Below are positions 25,709 to 37,511 of a stretch of 64,000 nucleotides of DNA, piece after piece (the stretch's first letter is position 1; the number at the start of each line of letters is the position of its first letter). The position numbers and the translations under genes were made by a program. Under the pieces are notes generated by a model. The model was not told the origin of the DNA, made no database searches, and worked only from the letters and a program-made list of their open reading frames with translations. This DNA comes from Psilocybe cubensis (Eukaryota), in the NCBI GenBank assembly GCA_017499595.2, contig CM039008.1, forward strand, positions 1,860,001 to 1,924,000, read 5' to 3'.

Positions 25709-26288
25709 TGGTAAAGGTGAAAGCCAGGTAGCGATTTATTAGAAACTTTGCATTACTTACACGCCATTTCAGGGCTTCGTCTGACTTTTTTAACTACCAG
25801 GTAAACCCCCCCTCCAAAGGGTACCAATTGAAACATTGAATTAATCTACACTCAACTCTCGTCATCCAGAGCTTTACAACCATCTGTGCCGATGTTCTAT
25901 GGTTTTTGAACTCTGCAAGATAAGTTTTCAGGCTATGTCTAGACTGGGATTGAAAATGTAAAATAATAATAGAAGACCTTACCGTCATCCATTTGTTCGT
26001 TGGCTATCAATGGCTGGCAGCACCCTAATGTCAACCTTCAGCTTCATTATCCATTTACTAGTCCTTTATTGATTGGGACTTACTTTACCGTCATCCATTC
26101 ATTCAATTGTTATCCATGAGTTGTTTGCAACACTCTTGTCCTCGTTGTCCATTTCCTTGCCTGTTATTGATCAATTATTTTTGCTGACTCGCTGCTTATA
26201 AGTTGGGATGAACGCCACAAAACTCATCTGCATCACCTTTGACCTGCCCATAGACACCACTATCGCGTTTATCAGCAACTCACAACCA

Positions 26289-26817
26289 ATGGCCAAGGTT
26301 AAGCAAAGACGCCGTCGTACAGATAATTTCAAAGGTCCATCGGTGAGTAGACTTGAGCCTGATTGTTATAAAATGTGATCATTTTTACTAAATTGTCGTT
26401 CAAATTTGTAGGCAGTCACAATAGAGCCCGGCATTAGACCAGTTACATTGGATACGAAGTCCAAACAAGACAAATTTCTCGCCGATGCTGGCCCATATTA
26501 TCGCCAGGCCAAGTCTAAGGGAGAAAAGGAAGAGTTTCTTCACGAAATCAGCCAACTTTGGTTTAGAATTTGGCCGGAGGATCCGTTGAATACGGCAGAC
26601 ATTGATTTTGCACGTCACAGACAAAAGAATATTATGAAGGTGAAAGTTGTGTTTATATTTTTGTATGCCGCTAACTAACGTCTATATGTTACAGAAAATC
26701 AGAACAAGGCTGTTACTCCTCGGTGCCTTTGGGATTGTGGAAGGAGATACGTTGTGGAGGGACTTTATTGCTGCCAAAATGCACGAGCTCCATCCTGACA
26801 AGCTACCCTCTGTCTGA
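26289..26817 (+). CDS. KDZ cargo gene 4: small protein resembling the N-terminal domain of cargo gene 1, 3 exons
   Basis: MAKVKQRRRR.. / QDKFLADAGPYYRQAK..EFLHEISQLWFRIWP / KIRTRLLLLG..PSV*, with canonical introns. Confidence 0.55.
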
Positions 26818-26892
26818 TCTAGCCACTGTTTTGTTCGGCTTAATGTACCTACTACATAGTGGTCCAGATTTTAAATTTGCACAAATTATACT

Positions 26893-29800
26893 CTAGTGAC
26901 ACTCAACCATTTTGTATGCATTACGGCCTTCTGACATGGTCGTCAACTTCTCTGTTACACCATCCCATTGTTTCGCACAACGGTCACCTATATCACGTCG
27001 TATATCTGCCTGTTTCTTTGCATAAGCAATCTTACCAGAATTGATAGCTTGTGCATCTCGGTTAGGTACATCCGTCGAGTCGATGATATCCTGTGCACGA
27101 GAATCCCACTGAGCGGCTTGCCAAGCAAAAAAAGCAATAACACGGCGCATCTCCTCTGCTAATAATACACACTCCTCTTGCCAGCGATGTGCGCGTGCAC
27201 GGGCTTTGCACCATTCGATACGAAGAGCTGGACACTAGCATTTGTTTGCATTCAATTAGGTAAGGTAAAGACAACACACCTGCCTGTGTACACTTTTCGG
27301 CGTCTTCGCCCATACCGTGTACCTTCCATATCCAGGACAGTTTCTTGCGGCCTTCACTTCCAGAGTCGTCCATAGAGCTCAGTCCTCTAACATCAGTGTC
27401 CAGCAGTGGACGAAGGATATCACGCCACGTGTAGTATACCGTTGGCGTTGAAAGCAAATCAAGAGCTTGATACGCAACATTGTATCGCGCTGTTGCAAAT
27501 TTAATCTTTTCTTCAACAGCTGCGAGCAACGTCAAGCTTCTTGTCTGCATACGCTGTCCTCGTGAGTGTCGCTTTTTTGAGTTTAGCATATGTGAGCGAA
27601 GGAGTAAGAAAGCACGGAGGTTGTTGAGGCAATCTTCAGCCTGGGCATATCGGTACTGCGATTCGCATTTTAGCAATATGTGGGATGAAAATCGGATGGT
27701 TTCTGTGTTGTAGGAAGGCAAATATAGCTTGATATCCTGTACCGCTACTGGTGTCTCAGCCTGCAAGTTTTCGCGCGCACGCAGAGCTGCAACTGCAGGC
27801 ATATAAAGGTGCTGTATATTTATCCAAGCATCAATGCGTCGTTTTAATGAGTTTGATCGTTCGAGAATTTTAGTCTGTTGGATGTTCGTAGAATGGGCTC
27901 CAAGTTTGGAGATGTCAAGCGCAAGTCGTGCTCTAGTCTTGTTTGTAACCATGTAAAAAATAGCCTATAAACGACGTACTGTGATTCCTCAAGCTGTAAG
28001 CCCTGTGATATCAAGACACTCGGAGTTACTTCCTCATGTAAAGTAGTCATCTCTCCGCGTTTTAATGCATCTGAGTCCTCACGAGCTAATTGAAGACGAA
28101 CATCGGATTCCTTGACAGAACCTAGCAATGCACCATAAACAATAGAACAAGAATCAGAAAAATACACGTACTATTCTTCGGAATCACATAGGGATTCGGT
28201 TGACTGGAGTCCTTTTCCCATGTCAAACACATCTGGGTCCATTCCGACGTCGATTCTTCTGGCAATGCAGCGTCAAACTCAATGAACGCCTCGACCTGTT
28301 CTTGTCGCTCTTGAATAGCTTCCTTCGCTTTCCGTAAAAATGTTTCAACTAAAGTGCTTGTCAATATATGTGCATAGATTGCAGAATATTACGACGTACC
28401 AATCGTGATAATTTTTCGCCAGTTATAATCTCCAAAATGGTCATCCAATGTGTCGTTCCGAGACCCTGGCCCCATTTCCTTTGTGCTGCTGGCTATACCG
28501 TTTGCCGTTGCCCATCCTCTCTCTGGTGCCTCCCCATCTGTGCGCCCAACTCCCGGAGTATAGTTGAAAGAGAAAGACGTTTGGCATTTCTGAATATGAG
28601 CAGCAAGGTGGAATTTTGGTACGAGGTAGACAATGGAGAGATTTGATGGATCGGAGAGCACATTCTTAGGATATAATTGGCACCTTTTCATGAGATTGAT
28701 CCACCATTGGCAGGCAATGTCGTAGGAGACAACAAGACGGAGTAAAAGTGTGGCTGCGATTGTTGATAAGAAGAAATAATCCATATTAACGTATCTACGG
28801 CATCATGTGAGTCATGTTGACATGCAAGCATGTGACTGAAGACCTTACCTTTCACCCTTTTGTAAGTCTCCTACTGCCACGGGTCGCTTCATGTCGTGTC
28901 GACTACATTCGGCTGTACCAAGTCCACTTGCTGCTGTCCCATGTCCACCTCGTGAGTTAGCCGATTTGATAGCATCGTGGTTATTGCATGAGCTCTTTTC
29001 ATCTGCAACTTGACCATCGTAGTTTGCCAAGTAGTTTTTGAATTTGCAACTCTCAACCATATAGGCATATCCATGATTAAGCCCAGGGTCTCGCTCATCT
29101 GTAGATACGTTCATTCGCTTCAAACGAAAGTTGGCATCAATAGCTATAAAAAGAGAATAAAGCCATCTATTTTTGGACGTGACAATCAGACCCAATTGCC
29201 AGTGGACAACACCAACGAGTAAAAATTGGTACGTACTGTTCTGATTCTGGCCTCTCCTTCCAATTGTCGGGTAGATTGATGCCCGGGTGGGGACATGCAG
29301 GACATAGAACAGCACATTCACCCTCTTTAGTCCCATTAACACCGGTCTCAGAGTGACCTCGACCCATCCGTTTGAGGAGACGTACATGACGCCACTCACG
29401 TATGATCCTCAAGAAGACAGGATATCTGTCCTACATATTGAATATTAAAGATAGCAGGATAATAGAAGAAATGGAAGAGCTCACTGGTGGTGCCTTTGTG
29501 CCGGTGTTGTCTGTCAACCGTGATAATGTAGAGTAATACTCGTATCCCGAGACCTTCGAGTTAAATGAAAGGAGCTGAAAGTGTTCCAGCACATCAAATG
29601 TAGCCGCTGTTTTGGGATCGCCTACTGTAGAAGGAAATAAGCGGGCGCGAAGAAGTTGGATGGGCTTGGATGGTGCAGAAGGGCACCCGCAGTAGTCTAA
29701 GGCAATTTCATGGATTCCTGTACGCGCAATGACCACAAATTCGTCGTTGAAAGCTACCATTGGTATAGGACAGTCATCATGTCCCAGCTGCACTCGCATT

Positions 29801-30593
29801 CCAAGTTTCTTGAGGCTGGTCCTGCGAAAGTAATGTCCAGTCCAGACCTGCAAATTTGTCAATAATTCAGTATCATCATAGCCAACCCCACTCGCCTCGA
29901 TTCTATGAAATGGGTTGACCGAATGAGACCGGAGAACACAAGCGAGACACAACAGAGATCCGCTCCAACAGTCTTTGCAGCGAAACGCGCCTGCTTCGAG
30001 GTCCGAAATACACCCAATTTCAGAGCATTTCTGGAGATTTGCCTGCCCACCAATACCCTCCAGCCGGAGAAACTCTTCAACGTAGGTGTCAATATGCGGA
30101 GTCCAGAAGTGGATGGGATGTGTCTAATCGAATATGTGAGTGGTAGGTGCTGAAACACACATCTATTAGAGCAGGAAACTGTACGTACCGATTGTGTTTT
30201 TCGTTTTTTCTGTGGAACCTCTTCTTCAGGATCAGCTTGAACCTTATCTCCAGTCTTCAAGTTTGGCTTGAGATAATTCTTTAGCCCCAATGCCTCCAAT
30301 TCGCATTCTGCCATTTCTTCCAACTCAAGATCACCATCAAAAATCCTATACGGAGATTCTTCGCTCAGCACCCAATCAAGTCGAGGAGTAGGCGATTCCA
30401 CAGAGCCTAGAGGAGGGGGTGTGGGAAGCATAGGCTGAATTCCTTGCGGCAGCGGCATCCGTATGGTATGGTGCGTGCGTCCATGGTATTCAGTGTGAAT
30501 GTCGCCAAACGATGCTGTTTTCGCGTCTCGTTCATCAGGAGAGATATATTCGTCATAATAAACCTTTTTCTTGCGATTCACTCGGCGTTTCAT
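26893..30593 (-). CDS. CxC2 cysteine cluster + KDZ transposase, about 10 exons, apparently intact
   Basis: CxC2: CKDC..CLAC..H..PFHRIE/VWTG..QLGH..C..GIH..YCGC..QLL..LFPST..P.TAATF. KDZ core: AIDANFRLKR, CSRHDM, GDLQKGERY.NMDY, SYDIACQW, VPKFHLAAH, GRTDGEAPERGW, MGPGSRNDTLDDH. Confidence 0.93.
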
Positions 30594-30719
30594 GTTGTAA
30601 GTTGAAAGAACCTGCGAGCTAAGTGTATACACAAAAGAGACAAGGAAGCTTTGAACAGAAACGTCATTTCCAAGGAGACTAGAAGCGGAAACAAGAGGAT
30701 GTATAACTCATACTGATAT

Positions 30720-31812
30720 GGATTATTAGCTCAGAGTGGTTGATGGATATTTTACAAGGAAATGGATAGACTTCAAACATTGATGGACAGTAAGGAAAGG
30801 TATCAATGACAGTGAATGATGGGAAATGTTACGGGGAACCAAATTAATAAGTGCCTGATCTTCACGGGTGACAAGCGGGATGGATTAACGGGAGGCCATG
30901 GATGACAAGGGCATTCAATAATCAACGTTGGTATGGATGGAGACTGCGCACTGCACGGGTGTCAAGAGTGATGGATAAGTAGAGGGGCAATGAATGATTA
31001 GGGCAATAAATGAGCGCGATGGATAATGAGAAGAGAAATGGATGTTGAGGGTGATGAATAATGAACGCACATATCGATAGGCGCCTGCACTACGCGGGTG
31101 TCAAGCCTGATGGATAATCAGAGAAATGGATGTCGAGGGCGATCAATAATGAATGTGGGAATGGATGAGGGGCAGCCTGTGCAATGGTGGAGGGCGATGG
31201 ATAATAAGAAAGGCAGTTGATGTCGAGGATGATGAATAATGAACATAGATATCGATAGGCGCCTGCACTGTGCGGGTGTCAAGCCTGATGGATAATCAGA
31301 AAGGCAATGGATGTCGAGGGATATCAATAATGAACGTACATATTGATAGGCACCTGCACTGCGCGGGTGTCAAGCGTGATGGATAATCAGAAGGGCAATG
31401 GATGTTGAGGGAGATCAGGCTGATGGATAATTATATGGGCAACGGATGACAAGGGCAATGAATAATGAACGTACATATCGATAGGCGCCTGCACTGCGCG
31501 GGTGTCAAGTGTGATGGATAATCGGAAGGGAAATGGATGTCAAGGGAGATCAGGCTGATGGATAATCATATGGGCAACGGATGACAAGGGCAATGGATAA
31601 TGAACGTACATATCGATAGGCGGGTGCACTGCGCGGATGTCCAGCGTGATGGATAATCAGAAGGGCAATGGATGTTGAGGCCCATGGATGACATACTAGT
31701 TATGGATTACGAAGGGGTATGAATGACAGCGTGGGTATTGAATAATGGCTCAGCAGTTTGGGGAATACTATGGATAAAGTTCTAATGTATCTATCATAAA
31801 GGCGTTGGATAA
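30720..31812 (-). repeat. right subterminal array of the KDZ element (TGGATAA motifs; tandem units in multiples of ~45 bp)
   Basis: GATAGGCGCCTGCACTGCGCGGGTGTCAAGC.TGATGGATAATC-like block at 31076, 31254, 31345, 31480 and 31615. The motif is the reverse complement of the left-array motif. Confidence 0.9.
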
Positions 31813-31902
31813 TTATTGATGGGGAATGCATTGCCGTGGCTCATATATGAGGTATGCGCAAGGTCTTCTGGAGGTTGATATATAAGAACGACTGCTACGC
31901 CT

Positions 31903-34900
31903 CCACATGAGGTGCTGAGTGCCTCGGGATTGCGCTACATACTCCGCTTCGGTCGTTGACGTGGCTACCGTATGCTGATACCGAGCACTCCATGAAGTGG
32001 GACCGCCGCCCTGCATAACGACATATCCCGAGATGGATCTCCGCTTCTCCTTGTCCGCGGCGTAGTCGGCGTCAACGTAGGCAATGGGCACGTATGACGA
32101 GTGTTCGGGCCCACCATAAGTGAGCCGGAAGTGGCGGGTGGCCTTTAGATAGTGCAGGACGTGGGTGAGTGCTTTCCAGTGTTCAGGGCCCGGGTTGGAC
32201 GAGAAACGAGAGAGACAGGCGACAGCGTACGATAGGTCAGGCCTGGACGCCATCTGTAGGTACATGACAGAGCCCAGAACCTCGCGGTATGGCTTGTCCT
32301 TCATGAAATGGTGCTCGTCTTCCGTGGAGGGGCCTTGGTTGCGTCTGAGGTCTAGTCCTTGAGGGAGCGGGGTGTACTTGGGGGAGCAGTCAGCAAAACC
32401 AAATCGGGAGAGCATTCTGTCAATGAATCCTTCTTGAGATATAGTGACTGTACCGGTGTTCTCGTCCCTTGCAATGTCTAGCCCGATGACGCTTCGTAGT
32501 TTGCCCAGATCCTTTAGCTCGAAATCCTTTCCCAGTTCCTTCACCGCTTCCTGATATCCCTCCTTGGTGGTGCTGAGTCCGGTGACGTCGTCTGTGTAGG
32601 TGCATGTAATAGTGTGTTCGCCGTCCACTACCCTTGCTCTTACAGATTGATCTGCCCGTGATTGGTAGTATCCCATGCTAGACATGGACTTGTTGAGGGT
32701 GTCAAACCAATTGCGGCCGCTATCTCCCACTCCGTAGAGGCTTTTGTCGAGTAGTGCAACAAGATCAAGCTCCTCCGATTCGTTGTCGGCAGAGTAGGTG
32801 GCATTGTCCACAATCTTGTGCACCTCTCCTCCATTGGGGACATATGCCACTAGTTCGTAGACGGGACCATTTGGGTTAGGGACAGAGACAGTCTCGCTGC
32901 ATCGCTTGTACCCACGGAGAGAGGAGACTTTGTAGCCGTCTGGTTGTTCCATTAGGATTGGGATCTGGTTTGGTGCATTGAGATAGGCGCTGGCATAGTC
33001 AGCCTGCCAGAAAAACATCCTCGTGGTTGTTCCGGCCACCAGAATTGTTCTCACTGACTCGTATCTGACGGACGCGGCTCGAACTTCATTGAAATGTACG
33101 CCGGGGATGAGTGTATGGCCAAGGGCAACCAGTCTTGCCTTTCTCTTAGCAAGGTTGCCATCGCTGGTGAGTTTGACGGTGTATTTCCAGCCAGCGCGCA
33201 TGATCCTTGCACCCTTGGGGCGTTCCACCAGTCGCCATACTTTCATCCGAGCCATCATCTCCATCTCTTTGTCCATTGGCTCACCCCACAGGTCAAGGCG
33301 TGTAGCGGCCTCCTTGAAGGAAAGCGGCGTCCACAGGTCATTATTGCCGTCGCCTATAGTGGCAGTGGACAGCGCCAGGTGTCCCGCATCGTTGGTGTCA
33401 TCACCGGGAGGTTTTGGGTTCAGGCGAGCAGATGAACGGGAGGCGGGTGGATATTTGATGCGTGGACGGGAGGTCTTCTCGCGGTTGTCGTGCTCTTCAG
33501 CCTCTAGGGCAACATTAGATGACCCAGCAGTCGCAGTAACCGTGCCATCCGCCGTTGGAGCCTTGGAGTCTGAGCTAGTCGGTGGAGGGGAAGTGGGTTG
33601 CGAGGCATCCTTGTTGGGGGTTCCGGGGTTGTCGTCGTCCGCGGGGAGGCGAGTGCTAATAATAGCCTGATCGCGGTTGGTGCTGCTGTCAAAGGAGGTG
33701 TCCACCTCTTCCTCTGGTGGCTCCTGGTCAGTCGTACGATGTGGTGTGCCCTCCTCAAATACTACATCCCGCGAAACAAATATGCGCCCGCTGTCGCGTT
33801 CCAGTAGACGATATTCACCTATTCCAGCATATCCAACCATGATACACTTTACCGACCTCGGCGCCAGTTTCCCATTGTTGATGGCATCGGGGATCTTGGC
33901 GTACGCCACACACCCAAATGGGCGTAAGTGGGATACATCCGGCTTGATGCCAAACCAAAGTTCGAATGGGGTAGTGTCGGGGTGGCGGGATGTTGGCTGC
34001 ATGTTAATAAGGTAGATAGCTGTGGCCGCAGCCTCCCCCCAATACGTCCCAGGAAGCTTCGCGTCGTGTAACATGGTTCGGACCCTGTCAAGGATGGTGC
34101 GGTGTCCGCGTTCAACCATACCGTTGGCAGCAGATGAATATGCGGGGATGAATTCGTGGGTTATGCCATGCTCGGATGTATATGATTCCCACTCCGAGTT
34201 CTTGAACTCCGTCCCATTGTCAGTGCGGACATAGACCAGTTTTCGCCCCGTCACGCGCTCACCACGTTTGTGGTATGTGGCAAGGCATTCAACGGTTGTC
34301 TCCATGGTCTTGTTCTCCAGGAAGAACCCCTCACGGTACTCTGACCCACAGTCAGCCGCCTGCAGCATATATTCCTTTCCTCCAGGTGTTCGCACAGTAG
34401 CTGGTCCCCATAAGTCCATCTCGGCACGTTTGTTGACCTCTGTTTCCGGTTCCACCATAGCGTCAAATGGTCGACGGGTTTGTTTACCAAATATGCAGTC
34501 TTCGCAACGTCCATCGCACTTTCCGTGTTCAATGTCAAGCCCCTTCACGATCTCCTTTGATGCCATGGTACGGATGGTGTCTTCAGCAACATGGCCAAGC
34601 CGCCTGTGCCATTGGGCGAGGTCCACGGGTCTGGTGAGGGATCGTGCGGATAGTGCCTTGGGGCAGACGGTATGTGAGAAGGTCAGCCTGAACATGTCCT
34701 CATTCCCCATCTCGTCTGACTCCATGACGGCGTTCCCTTCTGGCGTGATAAACGTGGCGCGGTTGTTTGCAAAGACAACCTGGTATCCCTGGCGCAGGAA
34801 TTTTCCGATGGAGACGAGGTTGTGTTGTAGATTTGGGGTGTGCAGGGCGTCGCGAAATATTATGTTGGCAAGTTTCCCATTGTATACGATCCATTTAGAT

Positions 34901-36006
34901 ACTGATCCAATACCAGCAATGAAGAACTCTTCGCCAGTGGCCGTTGCACCCGACTCGTTGGAGCATTGTATCGGGGTGTAGTCGGAGAAGTCTTCCCTAC
35001 GGGGGAAGAAGTGTGCACTTGCTGCAGAGTCGGCATACGTGACAAGGTTGCAGTCTGCGTCGGATTGTTGTGGGAGGTCTCCTTGGTGCCGGGTGGAAAA
35101 GGCATAGTATTTTGCAGGGTCGGAAATTGATGCGATGGCGCTTGCGGCTATGGGTTTTTGGACAGGTGTGGTGGTACTTGTGTTTTGCTTGTTGTTGTCC
35201 TTCCCACTCCTGTTCCCCCTCCACCAGTCCGGGTACTGGCCCTCCATCCCACCTCCTTCTCGGAAGCACTTGTCGGCAGTATGTCCAATGCGTCCGCACT
35301 TTGGGTTGGCGCACTTCAGATGGGGGTGCTTGACTTGGGCACGGGTTGACAGAGCTTGCGCTACAGGCGGGGTTGCAGGTTGCATGGACGTAATGAATTG
35401 TGCGTGTGCTATCAAACGTGCTATGACATCCGAAGAGTCCGTCTCTCCATGGAGGGAGCCCAGGAAGGGGAGCCATGATGCAGGCATGGATCGCATGACA
35501 ATCATGCGGAACTTAGCATCTTTGATTTCAGCGCCCTGTGAGTTTGCGTAGTTCCACGCTGTCCTGAGCTTGCTGATGTGTTCTTCCATGTTGGCCCCTT
35601 CCTTGTATTTGATGTCGTTCAGGGCATTCTCCGCGGTAATGCATCCAAGGTCGGTCTTCGCATCTTTGATACTGGCAATGGATTTGTAGGTTTCGGCGGC
35701 CGTACCGTCCAGTTTGACACCAAGACCAATCGCGTTTTTGACGTTTAAGGTGATCAGACCTTGGGTCCATCCGTCTCGTTGTTTCCACTCGTCGAGTGAT
35801 GGGTATTCCGAGCCCCAGTAGGCGGTGGGCGGCTGGGGCGGCTGCTTGGGGTCTGGCGGGCTTGGTTTTGGGATGGTGCCGTCGAGGTAGCCCAGGGTGC
35901 CGCGTTGGTTTGCTACAGCTCGGATTTTTGCTTTGAAGGCAATCCAGTTGGAGCCGTCATATTGTTCGGAGTCTGGGAGTATGAAGGGTGCGGCTGACGA
36001 GGACAT
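31903..36006 (-). CDS. copia Gag-Pol polyprotein (gag, zinc knuckle, protease, integrase, RT, N-part of RNase H)
   Basis: CANPKCGRIGHTADKC knuckle, DSAASAH protease, WHRRLGH..CEDC, DLWGP..RTDNGTEF..NGMVER integrase, KARLVA..KSLYG..YTDD RT, YVDADYA..TEAEY RNase H. Confidence 0.96.
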
Positions 36007-36206
36007 GATGGGTTTAGAGTCTGTTGGGGTTGTCTGTTTCAGTGGGATCGATCGGGGCTGTAATCGTCAGTTATGGACGAACAGTTCTTGGTCGGGTCTG
36101 TAATCGTCAAGTGGGGACGAACAGTCGGTGTCGCTATCAGCGAAAAATTTTCTTTGGTTCGGGTTTGAGTGGACTCTTGTAGTACTGAGCAAAGTCTTAG
36201 GCTACG

Positions 36207-36218
36207 GGGCTCATAACC
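36207..36218 (-). promoter_or_regulatory. primer-binding site GGTTATGAGCCC (half-tRNA-iMet type)
   Basis: Immediately follows the 5' LTR on the minus strand. Resembles the Ty5/copia PBS that pairs with the tRNA-iMet anticodon stem-loop. Confidence 0.85.
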
Positions 36219-36592
36219 TGTTAGACAGAAGAAAGTAATGTACTCAGTACGATGATGGAATCGACTCCGTTGTAGTGTATGCTACCTGTTAGACAGAAGA
36301 AAGTAATGTACTATCTAATCGTGAGCATACTGTGTGAAGTAATAAGGGTGTAGGATAATAGTCCTCACCTCAGTACGATGATGGAATCGACTGAGGGAGG
36401 GGTTTTGTTTGTACGGTGTAGAAATACTGGAAAATTTGGGAGAACAAAAATATAAACAAACATTGGATGCAGTCGGTTGATCGAACTGCTTTTTATGGCA
36501 GGCGTTATAGGCGCCTGCGATGCGCGTTACTGGACGCCAAGCGTCCTGCGCTTTTCGTGAGGGCACGCTTCGACTCACGCGTCCCTCCAACA
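36219..36592 (-). repeat. 5' LTR of the copia element
   Basis: Identical by eye to 18912-19285; flanked by the PBS and the TSD. Confidence 0.97.
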
Positions 36593-37511
36593 GGATGCCA
36601 CTGCACTTCTGTTTGCCATGCCACAATTTCGTTTCCTTGCGCTGGAATTTCGGATAGGTTTTCTGTGCTTTGATGGGGATAGGGTATCAGTACTTTGGCC
36701 AGTATTATGTGAGGGAATATGAAGGCATACGTCAACCATCGAAAAGAAGTAGTACTCGACGGCAGTAAGCTATTACATTCCATTATCCTTGACTTGTTGA
36801 TGAAGGCACATTCATTCAGCTGTCGATTATTGAAGATGATGACGCGGATCGCTGGATTGACGCTTCCCGGACCATAACTGTTACCATGTTGCGGGGGCCA
36901 TAGCATGGGATATTTGTTTTTTGAGGAGACAAGCGAGACGTTGACATGGGTCGGGAAAGGACCTCATTATCTTCATTATAGCATGCACATAGAGCATGAG
37001 GAGCAGAATCTAGGCAGTGTCTCAAAGAAGTAAGCGATCCCTTCCTTAATGTCCCCTGACTTTCTCAACGAATGTATCATATGTCTAGTTTTGGTTCCAT
37101 CAGAGATTTAGGGAAAATCTTATCGTACAATATGATGTGATATAATTTGTATAATATGCTATCGTTGCGGCTGGAAGTGGTGTAAGTATTATACCACGGA
37201 TGATAGTATACCATGAGGGTTGTAATGTGATGATATAGCCAATGTCATGTAGAGCCGGTCTGCCAAGACTTTATCGCCTCGGGTCGGTATTACAACAAAA
37301 CGATCATCTGTTGTAATCTATATGCACAATTCCATTGGATTACACCTACATTATGGACTCGTTGTCATAATGATATCTGGTACATCTACTTGCTACATTT
37401 CTGATTTGCTGTGATCGTTATACCACATTCTTACACGCGTTCTTAAGGGTAATTGAATAATTCACGTGCAAACAATTTATATTTCTGTAATCCAAAAACA
37501 ATCTACATAGC

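Larger units (their letters stand above)
19622..31902 (-). mobile_element. CxC2-KDZ (Kyakuja-Dileera-Zisupton) DNA transposon with cargo genes, 12.3 kb
   Basis: Flanked by 8-bp direct repeat CCACATGA (19614-19621 and 31903-31910). Removing the insert plus one copy restores the copia frame (QHLMW-VASS). Contains a KDZ transposase and inverted subterminal arrays. Confidence 0.92.
18912..36592 (-). mobile_element. Ty1/copia LTR retrotransposon, interrupted by a nested KDZ transposon
   Basis: Two 374-bp TG...CA LTRs. 5-bp TSD GGATG at 18907-18911 and 36593-36597. Domain order gag-PR-IN-RT-RH. Confidence 0.97.

Noticed and set aside
30940-31690. CRISPR-like repeat-spacer appearance
   Set aside because: The intervening sequences are themselves repeats of each other, spacing is irregular and no cas genes are present.
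19622-31914. Alternative KDZ ends CACC...GGTG as a 4-bp TIR
   Set aside because: This leaves no TSD and frameshifts the rejoined copia ORF, whereas the 8-bp TSD model restores it exactly.
36505-37025. Possible host ORF disrupted by the copia insertion
   Set aside because: Rejoining across the TSD gives only a short ORF with no recognisable motif.
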